Assembly (NCBI GenBank): GCA_030141605.1
Contig: JAQGDQ010000154.1
Location: 419,501 to 483,500, forward strand
Source: Tubiluchus corallicola
Lineage: Eukaryota; Animalia; Priapulida
Direction: 5' to 3'
Length of the DNA stretch: 64,000 nucleotides
Shown: piece after piece, positions 1 to 14,052 of the stretch
Numbering within the stretch: position 1 is the first letter of the stretch
Layout of the letters: every line of letters starts with the position of its first letter
Made by a program: the position numbers and the translations under genes
The notes under the pieces: model-generated
Databases searched by the model: none
What the model was told of the DNA's origin: nothing
The model's input: the letters and a program-made list of their open reading frames with translations, nothing else

Positions 1-1609
1 AAATAACTGTCAATTTTTTCTGTGTAACCATAGATGTGAAATCGGTGTGCGTACATGCGCCAGCGGGAGACCATTGGTCAGCGCACCGGGGGTGAGTGGG
101 CGAGTGAATGGACGAGGCGGAGAAGCCGGGGTCTAATTACCTACACCCCACCGTCCAGTTCTCCTGTAATGCTTGATTGACAGGCCTTGGAATAAAGAAC
201 AACTGTCAACCGTGTTCATTGATTCAACATCCACAATCATATACTACAACTTTGCAATTGTTCGTAGTCACTTCACTAAACTATGACTGACATCTCTGTC
301 AGCCGTCAGTTTTGTAGAGGGAATGTTTTTCTCTACCCTGATTTGAGTATGCAAGAAACATCACTTAGGGTGTCTGCAGTAGGTCTGTCCTTGGCCTTTG
401 CAATTCTATCTATCTGGCTACTGAGTAGCTTAATAGGCCTAACAAGTTTGGACGTTGTTCATTTTAACCATGTTTTGTGTATGACAAGATAAAGAGAGAT
501 ACCATTGTGAGAGAATTATGGTCACTCCCTGTAGTACAATAGTATAAGCACTAACGGTCTGGCGTAAAAATATTTTCTTTTGTTGCAGGAATTCTGCATC
601 TTTAAGTTGTAACTTGGAAAATGTACTTGTAGGTGGTAATTAGTCACAAGCTAATAGTACTTGCTGACTAGCTGTTCAAGTGATTACGTTTTATAGTAAT
701 ATTACGTAATAGATGGTCAGTAATAATTTATGTAAAACACTTAATATCTTGTTTACTTGTTTTAGAGCACCAGGATGTTAATTATATGCTAACTTGTCGC
801 GGTAAGTTGATTTTAATCAAGTTTGCTAATATTTTGTTAGATAATTTAGTTTGTCACGTGATTATTTAACTTTAGAAAATTGTTATCAATGTCAGTTAAG
901 AAGGTAATAATAAGTAATACAATGCTAGTATAGCTATTGTAAGTTGTTAACAATGACATGTAAATACAGTCATTATAGAGTCATCAACTGTTATAGCCCT
1001 GCAAATAGAGGGCGCATGTATATATGTATAAGTTTATATGCTCTAAATAAAGAGTTATAATAATAATAATAATAACAACAATAATAATAATAATAAGTAT
1101 CCTTTGTGTTTTTAACAGTATGATGTGCATTTGTAAGACGACTATAATATGAGAGGGAAGACCAGTTTTACTATTCAAATCATGAAGTTCGTGATGCAAA
1201 ATAGCGAATTATTATTTTTCAGGCTTTCAAATTACGAATATTTTTATAATAGTAAAACGAATGAACGTTACGAATGCAAATTCCAATTTATGTGATAAAA
1301 TGACTATTATGGAACCTGCATACTTTCGCAAAAACACGATTTGGTTGTTGTTCGGTTAATGCGCATCAAATCAATGGTATTTACCGTTTAAGCTTTAGTT
1401 GGCTTAACAGCAAAGCGAAAATAAAGCCAAATACTTTACAAATATTTAATCATTTCTTGTAAGTAATGAAGAGACGTCGTCTCTAATATATCTGTCGCAC
1501 ACAAACATAATACATGCATTAATTACTTATTTAAGCAATCGTCGGGGCGGATCTAGGAAAAGGAGGGGTGTTGGCTGAAAAACGATTATAAGCAATTTTA
1601 AGAAATTAA

Positions 1610-2143
1610 AGAAAGGGACACGTCGTTTAACATGTTGCGTTTATTTTTACTGTTATCACTTAAACTTAGAAAAATATAGCAAAGAAATTTACACAAAACC
1701 TGTCTATAAAGCGTAAAGTTAATTTATACTACCGCTGTAGAGAAATTTTCGAGCGCAGAGTTACCGTGGTGGCCGCCATGTACTTGAAAATTATGGCGCA
1801 ACCTTTCGTAAGTGAATCGTGTCTTTTCGTAAGCATGCGCTGCTTAAGTTAATTCAAACTTTTGCAGCTTACGTCGTAAAATTGGCTATATACTTTTTTA
1901 TATAAAAACTCATTGTAGTTTTTAACGGAATATGGCAGTGCCATGCTTTTCTTCAAATGAACGACGTAATTGGTGGAAGAATGAGCGTTCAAAATTGGAG
2001 CATTTGAGCTTGAAACGATCACGACATTAAAGTGATTTTACTAATTACGCGAGGCTTTCATAACACTTTTATTACTAAATCATTCTAGCATTTCTCGTGA
2101 ACATTGAAATAAGCCTAACTTTGCAGAAGTCTTGGACTTTTCT
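1610..2143. mobile_element. Non-autonomous DNA transposon, Kolobok-like (family A, complete copy)
   Basis: Flanked by TTAA (1606-1609 and 2144-2147) with AG...CT termini and imperfect TIRs (AGAAAGGGACA / AGAAAAGTCCA). Alignable along its length to 7954-8476. Confidence 0.75.
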
Positions 2144-3168
2144 TTAAGGGCTAAATGGTGGATATGTTGCTAATATTATTAATTCTTTTATTCCCGCGTT
2201 TTGTCATACGTAAGGCAGCACTGCAGATCATATAATGGAATACAAGTTGTTTGTTTTTAATTCACAAGGATGTATTACACCTCTCTTACCTTTGTACTGG
2301 TAGCCAACAGCCATTGATAAGTTTCAACAACGCTGTTTTGTTCTACTGACGACCATTAACATGGGGAAATTAGGCAAAAATAATTATCAAAACAGAAACT
2401 TTCTTAGATACATAAGTGGCCTACGTAAATAACGTTTCCAAAAAGTGGACTAACATAAATAAGTTCACCCAATGTTAAAACTAGTTTCTGGCATACTTTA
2501 CTCAACAAGACAATCAATATGTCGAATGCAAAAATGAGAAACTTCATGTATTTACTTGGTTTAAGACATGCAGTACTCTTTCCACCGAAGCAAATTAACC
2601 AAGATGTGCGTAAATTGAGTTCTGATGTGTAGCACCAGTCATTGGGTTGAAGACAACCTTTCTGTGTGCTCCTCAGCAGACATGGAACGCCACTTCACAA
2701 TGGGAATTTAGACTTACTCAAGCGTCAGATATTGAGGATTGGCATTTATAGTGCTTCTTATTGTGACGTCCACACCAATCAGTGACAAGCTCAATGGCAG
2801 AAAATGGGGCCTGATGGACCGAGACAGGCGTACAAAACAGCTCGAGTAGGGTGATTACACTGTCCACTAACGTAATAATTGGACTGGATAATGGCGAGCT
2901 GACGAGCAACAAATCTGGACACGTTGTGAAACTACTTCACTTTAATACTATAACAAGTCTGATTAAACCTATTTTTATTGTTTATTTCATAATCCCGTTT
3001 GTTGTTTTAAGCAATTTAATATAATGATTAACATGTGCCCTGAGACCAGAAAGAATATAGTATTTTCAGATTCAAACGTCCAAAGAACAATCTTAATTTG
3101 TATACCATAAAAAGGCAGATAATGTATCTAAAATATGGAATAAACCACACTAACATGATACCGATTAA

Positions 3169-3749
3169 AGGAAGACATGACAATTTTTTATACTACCCCA
3201 TTTTCAAGTCCAATAAAAATATGCACTTTAACAAAATCAATACTGAAAAAGCGTTTCTGATAATTAAATAATAGATTAAAAACTTAATAAACGGCGGGCG
3301 AGCCAAACTAGTGATGGTATCACAAACTAGCATAATTTTCAACAGCAAAAATATTTCACCAGCGTGTTGCACGTTTTTGCGAAAGCGTGAATCGAAGTAC
3401 AGTGCTACTGTAAGATATTCAGTGTGTTGTACTAAAACTAGGCAAGTTTTAAGATAACATTTCAAATTTACTGCTGTGCTCACGCATGAGTTGTCGAACG
3501 TGTGCAGTTCGTCAGAAACTAACACATCTGAACTGAGAGGTACTTTTTTGTGCAACACTTTCCGATATGCAGGCGCTAGTACCTGTCTAACTGTGTAACA
3601 ACGGAGAACTAGCGGCGAGAACGTGAAATTGTGTTTGCGCGGTAATAATTCTTTCACGTAAGTCATCTTTGAAAAAATAGTATGTTTACTTTCACTATTT
3701 TAGAGTAGATTGTTTTGACCTTCAGTTTAAGATTGGGTCTGGTTTTGCT
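3169..3749. mobile_element. Non-autonomous DNA transposon, Kolobok-like (family B)
   Basis: TTAA|AGGAAGAC...GGTTTTGCT|TTAA, 581 bp, colinear with 29127-29709. Confidence 0.75.
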
Positions 3750-3953
3750 TTAAACACAACCACGTGTAGACAAAATAAATGAAAAGAATAGAAAATTCGT
3801 TTCCCAGTAAAACCATTAATCCAGACCCTGTGTATTCTCTTCTTTGCAAACTACCACAACACACAGATCTTTGTTCAATATAATTATGAATACGACGCAT
3901 ACATTTATTAGATTTTAGAATCAGACTTGATCAGAAAAGTGGCAAAAACGTTA

Positions 3954-4023
3954 GGACCCAGTCGGGGTTTGAACCAGGGATCATTGGAGTACACATTCAG
4001 CCGTTATCGACTAATTCGTGGCC
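3954..4023 (-). mobile_element. Degenerate tRNA-like SINE head
   Basis: Minus-strand B-box-like GGTTCAAACCC within about 70 nt of tRNA-like length. The A box and stems are decayed. Confidence 0.35.
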
Positions 4024-6159
4024 AGTAAATTCAATTAGTTAGTCTTTTCACGCTTGAGAAACAAACTTGATGAATTTTGTAACTAATGTAGATTCCTGGG
4101 GTCTGAATAAGAAACTAGTCCTCACATTAGGCTACGTTTTAAACTAATTATTAGCTGACCATCTCCCCTCCCCCGCTCCCGTAAACAGAAAGCTGACCAA
4201 ATCCCTAAATCCATGACTTTGACCATGACAGAATGATAGAATTTATATAAATTCAAATTAGTCCTATAAGCGACTCTCTGATCAAATAGTGATGAACCCC
4301 AATTTCATTACCGACCAGAAGAACTATTGACAGAAAAAAGAGTGGCTTGCAGCTAACCCAGGTTCAATTCCTGTTCTGTGACCATTCTTCTGTCTCTCTA
4401 ATGAGTTTATTTTCCCCGCAATGATAAGTTACTAACGATAGTAAAGTTCGCCAAAAACAATTGCATGCGATTCTGCTTAGCTTGACATACTTTACCATAA
4501 GCTTTTAAAAGTTTGAATGCTCCTTTAAATCGACCTTAGGTTGATCTCACGGGGCAATCTCGGATAATCGAACTTAACTCTTTCGTGCTTTTTGCACCAA
4601 ATAGCTGCTGAACATTTAGTTTTTTTGTCATTTATAGCAATCGTTATATACAGAAGAAGGTTAACAAACTTAATAATGTAAATGTTCAAAGCCAACAGAT
4701 GCTTGAGTTTGATTGCCTTAATGAGTTAAATGTTGTGTTTACGTAGACTCTTAACTCACTCTGTGTAAACAGCATAATAACTTATTACTCAACCAAGACA
4801 AACAATGTTATTTTGCAATTGGTTGGAAGGCGTCAGACAGAGTTGTGTAGCAGCAGCGCTATAGGCATTCCAATATTAGCATAGTCAGAAATGAAAATAT
4901 TACGTGGTGTATCGGCGTCGCCTTGCGTAGAGGATCGTTTATCAACACTTGCTGCCGAATTTTGCCGGAATTGATCAGACAAATTAGATTTCAACAACAT
5001 TCCGACGACGTCGGATTCGATTTGTTTTTTTTTCAGTCAAGTCAACAGTTACGAACTATTTTAACATCATTTCAAAGTTTGTGTATTGGTATGCAGCTCA
5101 ACTCTGAGGCTTTAACTCGTTCTTACTGTAATTATTTCTATGTTATTAATTATATTTAATTATTAATTAAAATCAAAAAAGCGTGTGGACTTTTATATCC
5201 ATTGTAGTAGTACTAATTTGCAAAATGTTAAAATATTGGCAATAAACTATAAAAGCATTAACATTTAATAATATTAGGTAGAGTAGAGGTAATTGCTTCT
5301 CCTTCGTTTATGAACTTATTTCTCGCTCGTTACATAAACATTATTTACTTATAAGTTTCTTTGTGTTCTATATATGCACAAACCCTACTTATTTAAAGTT
5401 ACTTTTTTTAATTATTCAGAGCATTTTTCTTAGACGATTTCGTTAGCTTTGTATAAAATATTGATAAGTATACTTATTTAGTTGCTAGGTGCACTAGCTA
5501 AGCTTTGTCTAGTGCCATCAAAAAGATCCCAAATATCTGTTAATTCTATCAAAACTGCTGACATACAATGTAACCTGATTTTAATAAAAACTAAAATGAT
5601 ATTTTACTATACGACGTTTATTGAGATCCGGTATTACAATTTACAATTTCCGTGCATTCCTGAAAGCTGATTGGTCTTTCTCAACCCACGGCTGAGTTTA
5701 CACCGATTTAATGTCAGGAAATGTGCGCGAATGATATTTGTAGAACTAAGTTTTTTAATAATAACAATAACAAATGCAGTTTCTGTCTGCCTCTTTCATT
5801 TTTACTTGAACCTGTTTACTTTAACCACCGTTTTGCGCAATAATTTGGGAAACATTTTCTTCATAAGTTCCATCAACGGCATCAATACATTGTATATTAG
5901 TGGTTTCGCAGCGGCAAGTCGGTGCCAAAATGGCAAAAGAAAACATAGAAGCCAATTAGCTATTTGTACAAAAGCCCTGCAGCCAATACAAGCTTTCTTC
6001 AAAGAATAACCATCTATTGCTTGTCTTAGACGCTTCAAAAAACAATCAGTCACAAATTGTAAACAGTAAACAGTGAACAAATTTCTTACATTGAAATTCC
6101 TGCCGCATGGTTATTGAAAACATTGCCAACGACAAGTTTGACTTATAATAGACCTGCTG

Positions 6160-6628
<469 letters not shown>

Positions 6629-7953
6629 TGTACTCTCAACAGCTGCGATATGCAGAAGCAAGGTCAACATTGCCATAATGAATCATTGTCTAGTCTCTCC
6701 CGCTAGCAAAAAGTTTGATTGGATTCATCTTTCATTGACCGTAGAAATACAATGCAAAACGTTCTCAGGTACACACGAACGGTATATTACAGATCCTCAA
6801 AGGTCTCCATTTTGAGTATGGATTCACGGGTAACTAAAACATTGTACAAATAGAACCTTTAGTGTTTATCACGCAGAAACTATAATGCACCTTTTGCAAC
6901 CTATTTACAATTTATATTACAAACGTTAACGAAACGACACACAAAAACACAAGTTTTAAAATCTCACATCATTTCACGTTCAGTGTTCCTAAATTGGCAT
7001 AATTTTTTGGGCTACTAAGGTGCAAAAAGTGGAAACTTCTGTGTGCAGGTAGAGTCAAAGATTTCTATAACAAAAGAGGTCTTATAGTGGTTTCTGGTTT
7101 TGCACATGATAGTAATTTTTTGCTTGGTGACATTTGAATTATGGTGAGAAAGAATTAGTCATTTTCATGTACAACCTAACGTTAAATATTACAAATGAGT
7201 GATTATCTAAAGATACAGTTACTGCATGAGGGCAAAATTCAAATGGCTTTGACGAATTTAGAAATGTCGAACCATTAAGATTGAACCTGGATTTGAGTCT
7301 GGCATACTAGGTACGCAGATTATATTATCTGTTACCAAAACCGAATCTTCTACAGTATAAAGTAGATGCCTTGAGGTGTAGTTTAGGCCATAATTAATGA
7401 AATTTTGATTGGACCACCATAATTAGCACATAATTTGTAATCAGAAGGTAAGTATCACTAATGATTAGTTGTTGGTTTTTGTGTGTGTAACCAGCATGTT
7501 ATTCTCAGCAGGTCACGCGTCACGAGGATCACGTTTGTACAGCTCATTAGATGCGTTCTGTAACCTCTGGTCTGCATGTCAGCCCATTAGTGGCTGCCCC
7601 ACTCGGCGGGCACTGTTAGCTTAGCTGGACAGGAGCGTGCACAAATTAGCCAAACGAGCCGAAAAATTCCGCAGCTTCATCCTGTACTGAGCTAATTTAC
7701 CTCCCCTTCCGACAAAGCCTTCATCCTTGTTGTTAAAGATGGCGGTTCCCAAACAAAATGTTACTTCCTTAACTCGTTATAACATAAGAAGTCCAGGAAA
7801 CACCATTACAGTCAGTGGAACTTTGTCTTCTCAAATTGTTCAAGTAGATAATGTTTATGCTTTTGATCTTTTAGTTGTTGCCGTTGAACGCCAAAATATA
7901 GTCTGTTAAAATTTTATTAAAAATTCCTGTTTTATCTCACTGTCAAACCTTAA

Positions 7954-8476
7954 AGCGAAGGACAAGTCACTTAGCATACTGGGTTTATTTTACTGTTATC
8001 ACTTAAATTTAGAAAAATATAACAAAGAAATTTTCAAGAAATTCTCTATAGAAGCACAAAGTTAATTTATACAACATCTGTATAGAAATTTCCAGGCGCG
8101 GTGGTAGCCGCCGTTTACTTGCAAATTACGACGTAATTGGTGGACTTCGTGATTTTCCGTAAACAGGTCGTGGCTTTCCGTAAACGTGAGCTTTGCTTAA
8201 ACTAATTTAAACTTCTGCAGCTAAGCTAATATTCATGTCGCAAAAAAGCTATATAATTTCTTCTGAAAACTTATTATACTTTTGACGGAGACTGACAGTG
8301 CGATGCTTTTCTTTAACCGACGTCACTGGAGGAAGAATGGTTGTTCAAAATGGAAACGTTCAAGTATGAAATAATCGTGACTTACACGGTGTAATTACTA
8401 ATTACACGATGCGCTTCTTACTTTTTGATTACTTAATTCTTCTAATATTTTTCGCTGACCTTGAAATACACCCTAA
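7954..8476. mobile_element. Kolobok-like family A, second copy, 3'-truncated
   Basis: Starts TTAA|AGCGAAGGACA. Shares long blocks such as tttactgttatcacttaaaYttagaaaaatat with 1610-2143, in the same orientation. Confidence 0.75.
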
Positions 8477-10617
8477 AGGCTTTCCAAAATACATTAGAAG
8501 TTATATGAATTGTACTATAACTGAAAAAAAGTAACTGGGTAGCTGGTTTGTTTCAATGATTAAAAGGTCGATGCCTGTCCACTTAGTTTAGGTCCTACAT
8601 TTTACCAAACTTCTTTTTCAATAGCAGGCAAAATTTTTAATGGTTCAACATTTAAAGACAAAGCAAAGATTTGATATACACAGAGAGAAAGTAAGAACGT
8701 GCTACCATGCAAACAACTGAAATAGAAAGAAGCATCAGCAAAGAGTGAGAAATGAGAATCAGACGGAGTCAGATCAGCTTTTCTGGAAATAATTTTTTTT
8801 TGGTTTAAATTATTTTGCAATTTCCAAAACTCATGCTGAACTTCTGCAACAATCACATAATAAAATAAACCTAAACTGTAGGCCTTAGTTGGCTTTTTAT
8901 AGTAAGTTAGTAATTTCGTTGTTATAGCTGTTCATTTTAAAACTTATAGGGTAAATTCTTACGACGCATTTAGACCAATGATACATTAAGTTAGTAAAGC
9001 TTATCTTGCCTGAAAACTTAAACGTAGAACATTTAAATAAATCTTTTATCTTTGTACAGCATGCATAATACGTATATACAAACTCTGATTGCAAAGCTGA
9101 CACTTTCCTATATTAAACAGTCGAGCAAATTTTGTTCTTAAGCTATTCAAGAATTATTAGAATTTTAATGCTTGAAACATTACTAATATTATAAAGATTA
9201 GATTGTTTCAAATTCTTGGAATCAACATTCGCGCTGCAATAAATATAGAAATTTATTTATTTGTTTATTGATTTATTATTTAATAGGTAATCCTTATTTA
9301 AAACAGAAATATTTAAAAAATATTTACAAAAAAAGCATAAAATGTGAAAGAGAGATAAATTGTATATACAACACAGAAAAAAACTACAGAAGAAAAGGCC
9401 AGTCAAGAGATTATGGATAAAAGCACAAAGATCTAAGGCTACTTACACGTGTCTGTTAGAAGATAAGTGATTATTTAGATTTAGACCTTTTAAATGCCAG
9501 TAGCTTGAATTTTTTTATCAATTTTTTAATCCGTTTCTGAACTTATTTTACAAATTATTATCCTTCGCCTGCAACTCAGTCGTCGGCATGCATATTATTC
9601 TACTTATGCATATCTAGCTAACTGATGTTTTGAAAGTTTTGCTAAACATATGTTTCGCTGATGTTTCTGCCAATTAGTAGAAACCTCTAGCTGAGATGGC
9701 GTTTGTTTAGCGCATTGAATAGCGGGCAGGCAACTAACCTGATACCAGCGGTAAGGGGCGGTTTTATAAAAGAGATTCCTTATTTCAGAATTATGATTGT
9801 TGATGAGTCATCAAAATCCTAACAGAGTTTGCAATGTTTTTAACTCAGTCTGGTGAGCATTTGAAAATGTTTGGCTTCGATCCAGCTTTGTTACCGGTCT
9901 GCTTAGGTAAAAAGGGCAAGCTGAAGGCAAAGCTGGACGCTGACCTCTGAAGGTTACCGTGCGGGTTTCTATTAAATCAAGCTTGCATTCTTTGATAATT
10001 ATTGCACAAACTCTGCCAGGATGCACTGATTTAACATACATGTTATGAGGCATGTTACGTACAGAACATTTCTTTTTTAGTTTTATTAATTTTCTCTGTA
10101 ATTTTTTCTTGCTTTCTTTACCTTTATTCTCTCTTTCTTTTTTCTTCCTTTTGTTCATCATTACCGTCATCATCATAGTCATCATCATCGCCGTCGTTAT
10201 CGTCGCCGTCATCATCGTTTTAAAAGCTTTGCTTTCACTTGTGTTAACATATATTAGTACAAAACGTGTTGAATGCGTAACACTGGCTGAAGAAATTTCT
10301 TAGCTCTGATGACGAAGACTAGTGATTTGTACAACTGCTACGAGCAATTAAATAGCTAAAAAAATTATACACGAACTATTAGTAAATAAACAATCTTTCA
10401 AGTGTTAAACAGCCACTTGCACGATGTAATTGCTATATTGTAGTTTTATTTGGCCGACTTAAAATAGATTGGCTATAAAAGTAGAAAGAGCGAATGCTTC
10501 CTTGACAATGCAAACACGCTGTAAAACAGCCAGAGGATGAGAGTAAAAAAAGTGACGTCAATATGCAAAATAATTTGTAGACATATAAGCAGCGGTAAGC
10601 TACAATGGTTTTAGATC

Positions 10618-11399
10618 TGGTTCAAGGACATTTGGGCAGTGACATTTGGGCCGTATGATATTGGATAGTGACATTTGGGCAGCGGACAGTTGGGCAGTGG
10701 ACTCTTAGACAGTGGAGAGTTAGGCAGTGGACACTTGAGCAGTGGACATTTGTACAGTAGGCTATTTGGGCAGTGGACATGTAGGCAGTAGGCCATTTGG
10801 GCAGTGAACATGTAGGCAGTAGGCCATTTGGGCAGTGAACTTGTAGGCAGTAGGCCATTTGGGCAGCGGACATTTGGGCAGTAGGTCATTTAGGCAGTGG
10901 ACATGTAGGCAGTAGGCCATTTGGGCAGTGGACATTTGGGCAGTAGGTCATTTGGGCAGTGGCCATTTGGGTAATAGGTCATTTGGGCAGTGGACGTGTA
11001 GGCAGTAGGTCATTTGGCAGTGAACATTTGGGCAGTAGGCCATTTGGGCAGGTTACATTTGATTTTGGGCAGTGGGCCATTTGGGTAATAGGTCATTTGG
11101 GCAGTGGACGTGTAGGCAGTAGGTCATTTGGCAGTGAACATTTGGGCAGTAGGCCATTTGGGTAGGTTACATTTGATTTTGGGCAGTGGGCCATTTGGGC
11201 AGTGGACATTTGGGTAGTAGGCCATTTGTGCAGTGGACATTTGGGCAGTAGGTCTTTTGGGCAGGGAACATTTGGGCAGTAGGCCATTTGGGCAGTGGAC
11301 ATGTAGGCAGTAGGCCATTTGGGCAGACAGGACATTTGTGGATGATGTCTAGTGTCGACTACCCAAAACCCTACTGTCTAGGTCACTAGGTTTGAACCA
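10618..11399. repeat. Minisatellite of ~15-bp units (GGACATTTGGGCAGT / GGCCATTTGGGCAGT), probably the body of a non-autonomous DNA transposon
   Basis: Dozens of tandem units from 10626 to 11340, with a higher-order duplication around 10950-11190. Bounded by the short inverted ends TGGTTCAA / TTGAACCA. No clear TSD. Confidence 0.85.
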
Positions 11400-12719
11400 C
11401 ATGCTTTTGTTTTTAAACTGGCTTCTTTTGCCTTGTGACTCACCGCCGGCATAAATCCTTATTTCACCTTAATAATTTCTATCGGAATTTGAAGAAGAGC
11501 GTCTATACATGTTGCCGGCTGTATAAATATGAAGACTAGAGATAACAAACGTTAGGAAGCCCCACTGGGAAAATTTATACTGGTTCTCATTAGCCGAATA
11601 AAGGAAGTTGATCCCTGTAAAATACCAAAAACTGCTCTGTGGTTATCAAATTCCTAAACGATATCATTGCCCACTGTTGTCACAGTCACTGTAATCTGGA
11701 ATAGTTTTACTAGTTAAACACACTCCTCCATTTTGGTTCTTTTGACTTGTAGCTCATATGCAGACAGAGATTGTTCAGTTGACTTCACTCTGCCTTAGGC
11801 TGTATTACTTTTCGTTAACTTCTTTGCAATCTAGTAAGTGTGTAATTATCATCTGTAATCGTGACTGTCACCGTCGTCTTCATAGCAGCATCATAATTAG
11901 TTGGCCGAAGCAAGTTCTGTAGATGCGCTTTTGTTTTGTTGCAGAAATTGACGAAATCTTGTTATTGTCAGCTTGCAAAACTAGATATCGTCAGTATAGC
12001 AAAAATGAATTATATTATTTTGCATTTTAAGCCTTAATTTATTGTTTTAATTTGTGAGCGTTACAAGTTTCAAACTTGCATCGAATTGCGCCTTGTGAAC
12101 AAATGTTTTCTCTGCGTAATGTAAATCAGCGTAAAATAAACTTGATTATTTACTTAGGCACTTATACACTGTTGTGCTTTTAGATCTTATACTTACCAAA
12201 TTGTGACAACTAGGGCATTTTTGAAGAGTACAGTGCAGCAAATGACAGTTCTACAAACAGTTTCACTGAAGTTATGAAGAAGTAATTTATTTGCTATATA
12301 TAGGTATTTTACATATATATAACTGAAACATCCACATTTATCATCAGACTGTGAGTTTTTATCCTAGTGGAAAGTTAGGAAAGTGGTTTGCTTCGTAAAC
12401 TGATATAATGCAAAATGAAGATTAGGTGTTCATCTCTGGCTTCATTAGTGGTTTCTTTGACTGATCTAATCAGAAAGTGTCATGATTTTGCCACATGCAA
12501 GGTTTTTTGGTCTTATCAGTTATTCTGGCTAAAATACAGCAATAAATAGCTCAACGTTACATCATTTTGTAGTTTGCAAGAACAATAAGCAGTTGATTGT
12601 TTTTCTAGTCAGGAATAACGAATAATGAATGGCTAATGAATAGTATAAAGAATACCTAATTATTTTCATTGTAGTAATTTGAAAAAATACGTTCTGATTC
12701 TTAATGAATAAGTACAAGA

Positions 12720-12935
12720 TGCATGAACATCAAAAGACAAAGAGAAAGACAAAAACAAAATTTATTTATTTTGTTCATTTAACAGACACACCTACACTTA
12801 CATACAGATATGGTTGCAACACACAAATAACGACTAACATGTTGGGTATATGCCCGGGCGTTGGTAGTCGCTAGTCTCGAACTCAAGACTGCGTAGTTGC
12901 AGTCCGAAATCTAAACCACTCGGCCATCCCACCCC
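12720..12935 (-). mobile_element. tRNA-derived SINE (head resembles tRNA-Cys)
   Basis: On the - strand: A box TGGCCGAGTGG (12926-12916), anticodon-loop-like CTGCAAC, B box GAGTTCGAGAC (12884-12874). The acceptor stem is broken, so this is not a tRNA gene. The 3' end is approximate. Confidence 0.55.
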
Positions 12936-13519
12936 GTCCTTAATTGATTTCGAGAAACCCTGCATTATTTTTTCATTATAATCACAAGAAACTGTAAAAG
13001 GAGGTCTTGCATGCATGCATGTCATGTATGGGTTCATTAAATTTTTCTGTAAATCGGTTGGAATAAAATAAGAAATAGAAAACTGAATAACGTTTTAAAC
13101 ATTAACAAAATGCAGGTTTTTAGCAGACCATTCTACACAAAACCGTAGTAAATTAAGCACAAATCCATTTAGTAATTACTGGGTGTTGCAACAGAAGGAG
13201 TGCATTAGGAATAGGACAGGCTATAAAAATGAAGCTGAACTTTTGCATTACGATAATTACGTAAAATTAACATTATTTTTACGCTATTGTTTCAAATTTC
13301 CTACCATATAACTCGTATGACCAGTTGACCACACTTGGTAATATTGATGTTTTTTGGTTTGTTACTGCATTGTCTTTTTTGGAAATCATTGTTCAACTAC
13401 CTATACTTCTCCGTATTTGGTAAATCATAGAATGACTCGTCAACATAAAATGTATTTTATGTCTTAAAGCGGATGATGTGTCGGTATTGGCAAAAGCATG
13501 TCATTAGCCGAATTCTCTT

Positions 13520-14052
13520 TCGTTTTTGAGTTTTTGAAGGGGTACCAAGTTCTTATTAATGCTTTTTCGTGTTTTTTTGGGAGAGCAGCAAGTTCTTATT
13601 AATGGTTTTTGTGTTTTTGCACGGGCAGCAAGTTCTTATTAATGTTTTCTCGTGTTTTTTGGGAGAGCAGCAAGTTCTTATTAATGTTTTTTCGTGTTTT
13701 TGGACAATTAATAAATTCTTGTAAATGGTTTTTCGTGTTTTAGAGAGGTGCCAAGTTCTTATTAATGATTTTTCGTGTTTTAGAGAGGTGCCAAGTTCTT
13801 ATTAATGATTTTTCGTGTTTTAGAGAGGTGCCAAGTTCTTATTAATGATTTTTCGTGTTTTGGGACAATTAATAAATTCTTGTAAATGGTTTTTCGTGTT
13901 TTTTGAAAGGGTACCAAGTTCTCATTAATGATTTTTTGTTTTTTGGAGGTGTACCAAGTTCTTATTTATGGTTTTTCGTGTTTCTGAAGGGTACCAAGTT
14001 CTTATTATTGGGGTTTTCGTGTTTTTTGGAAGGGCGCCAAACTCTTATTAAT
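13520..14052. repeat. Minisatellite, ~40-42-bp unit, ~13 copies
   Basis: Recurrent CCAAGTTCTTATTAATGATTTTTCGTGTTTT, with three near-identical 40-bp units around 13733-13860. Confidence 0.9.

Noticed and set aside
3193-3666. 157-aa minus-strand ORF
   Set aside because: It lies inside a non-autonomous TTAA element, has no transposase motifs, and is not preserved in the second copy at 29127-29709.
10611-11335. Cys/Pro-rich repetitive ORFs (CPNGLLP...)
   Set aside because: They are artefacts of the 15-bp minisatellite and are open in several frames on both strands.
12862-12934. Functional tRNA-Cys gene
   Set aside because: The acceptor stem is broken and the arms are imperfect. It is better explained as a SINE head.
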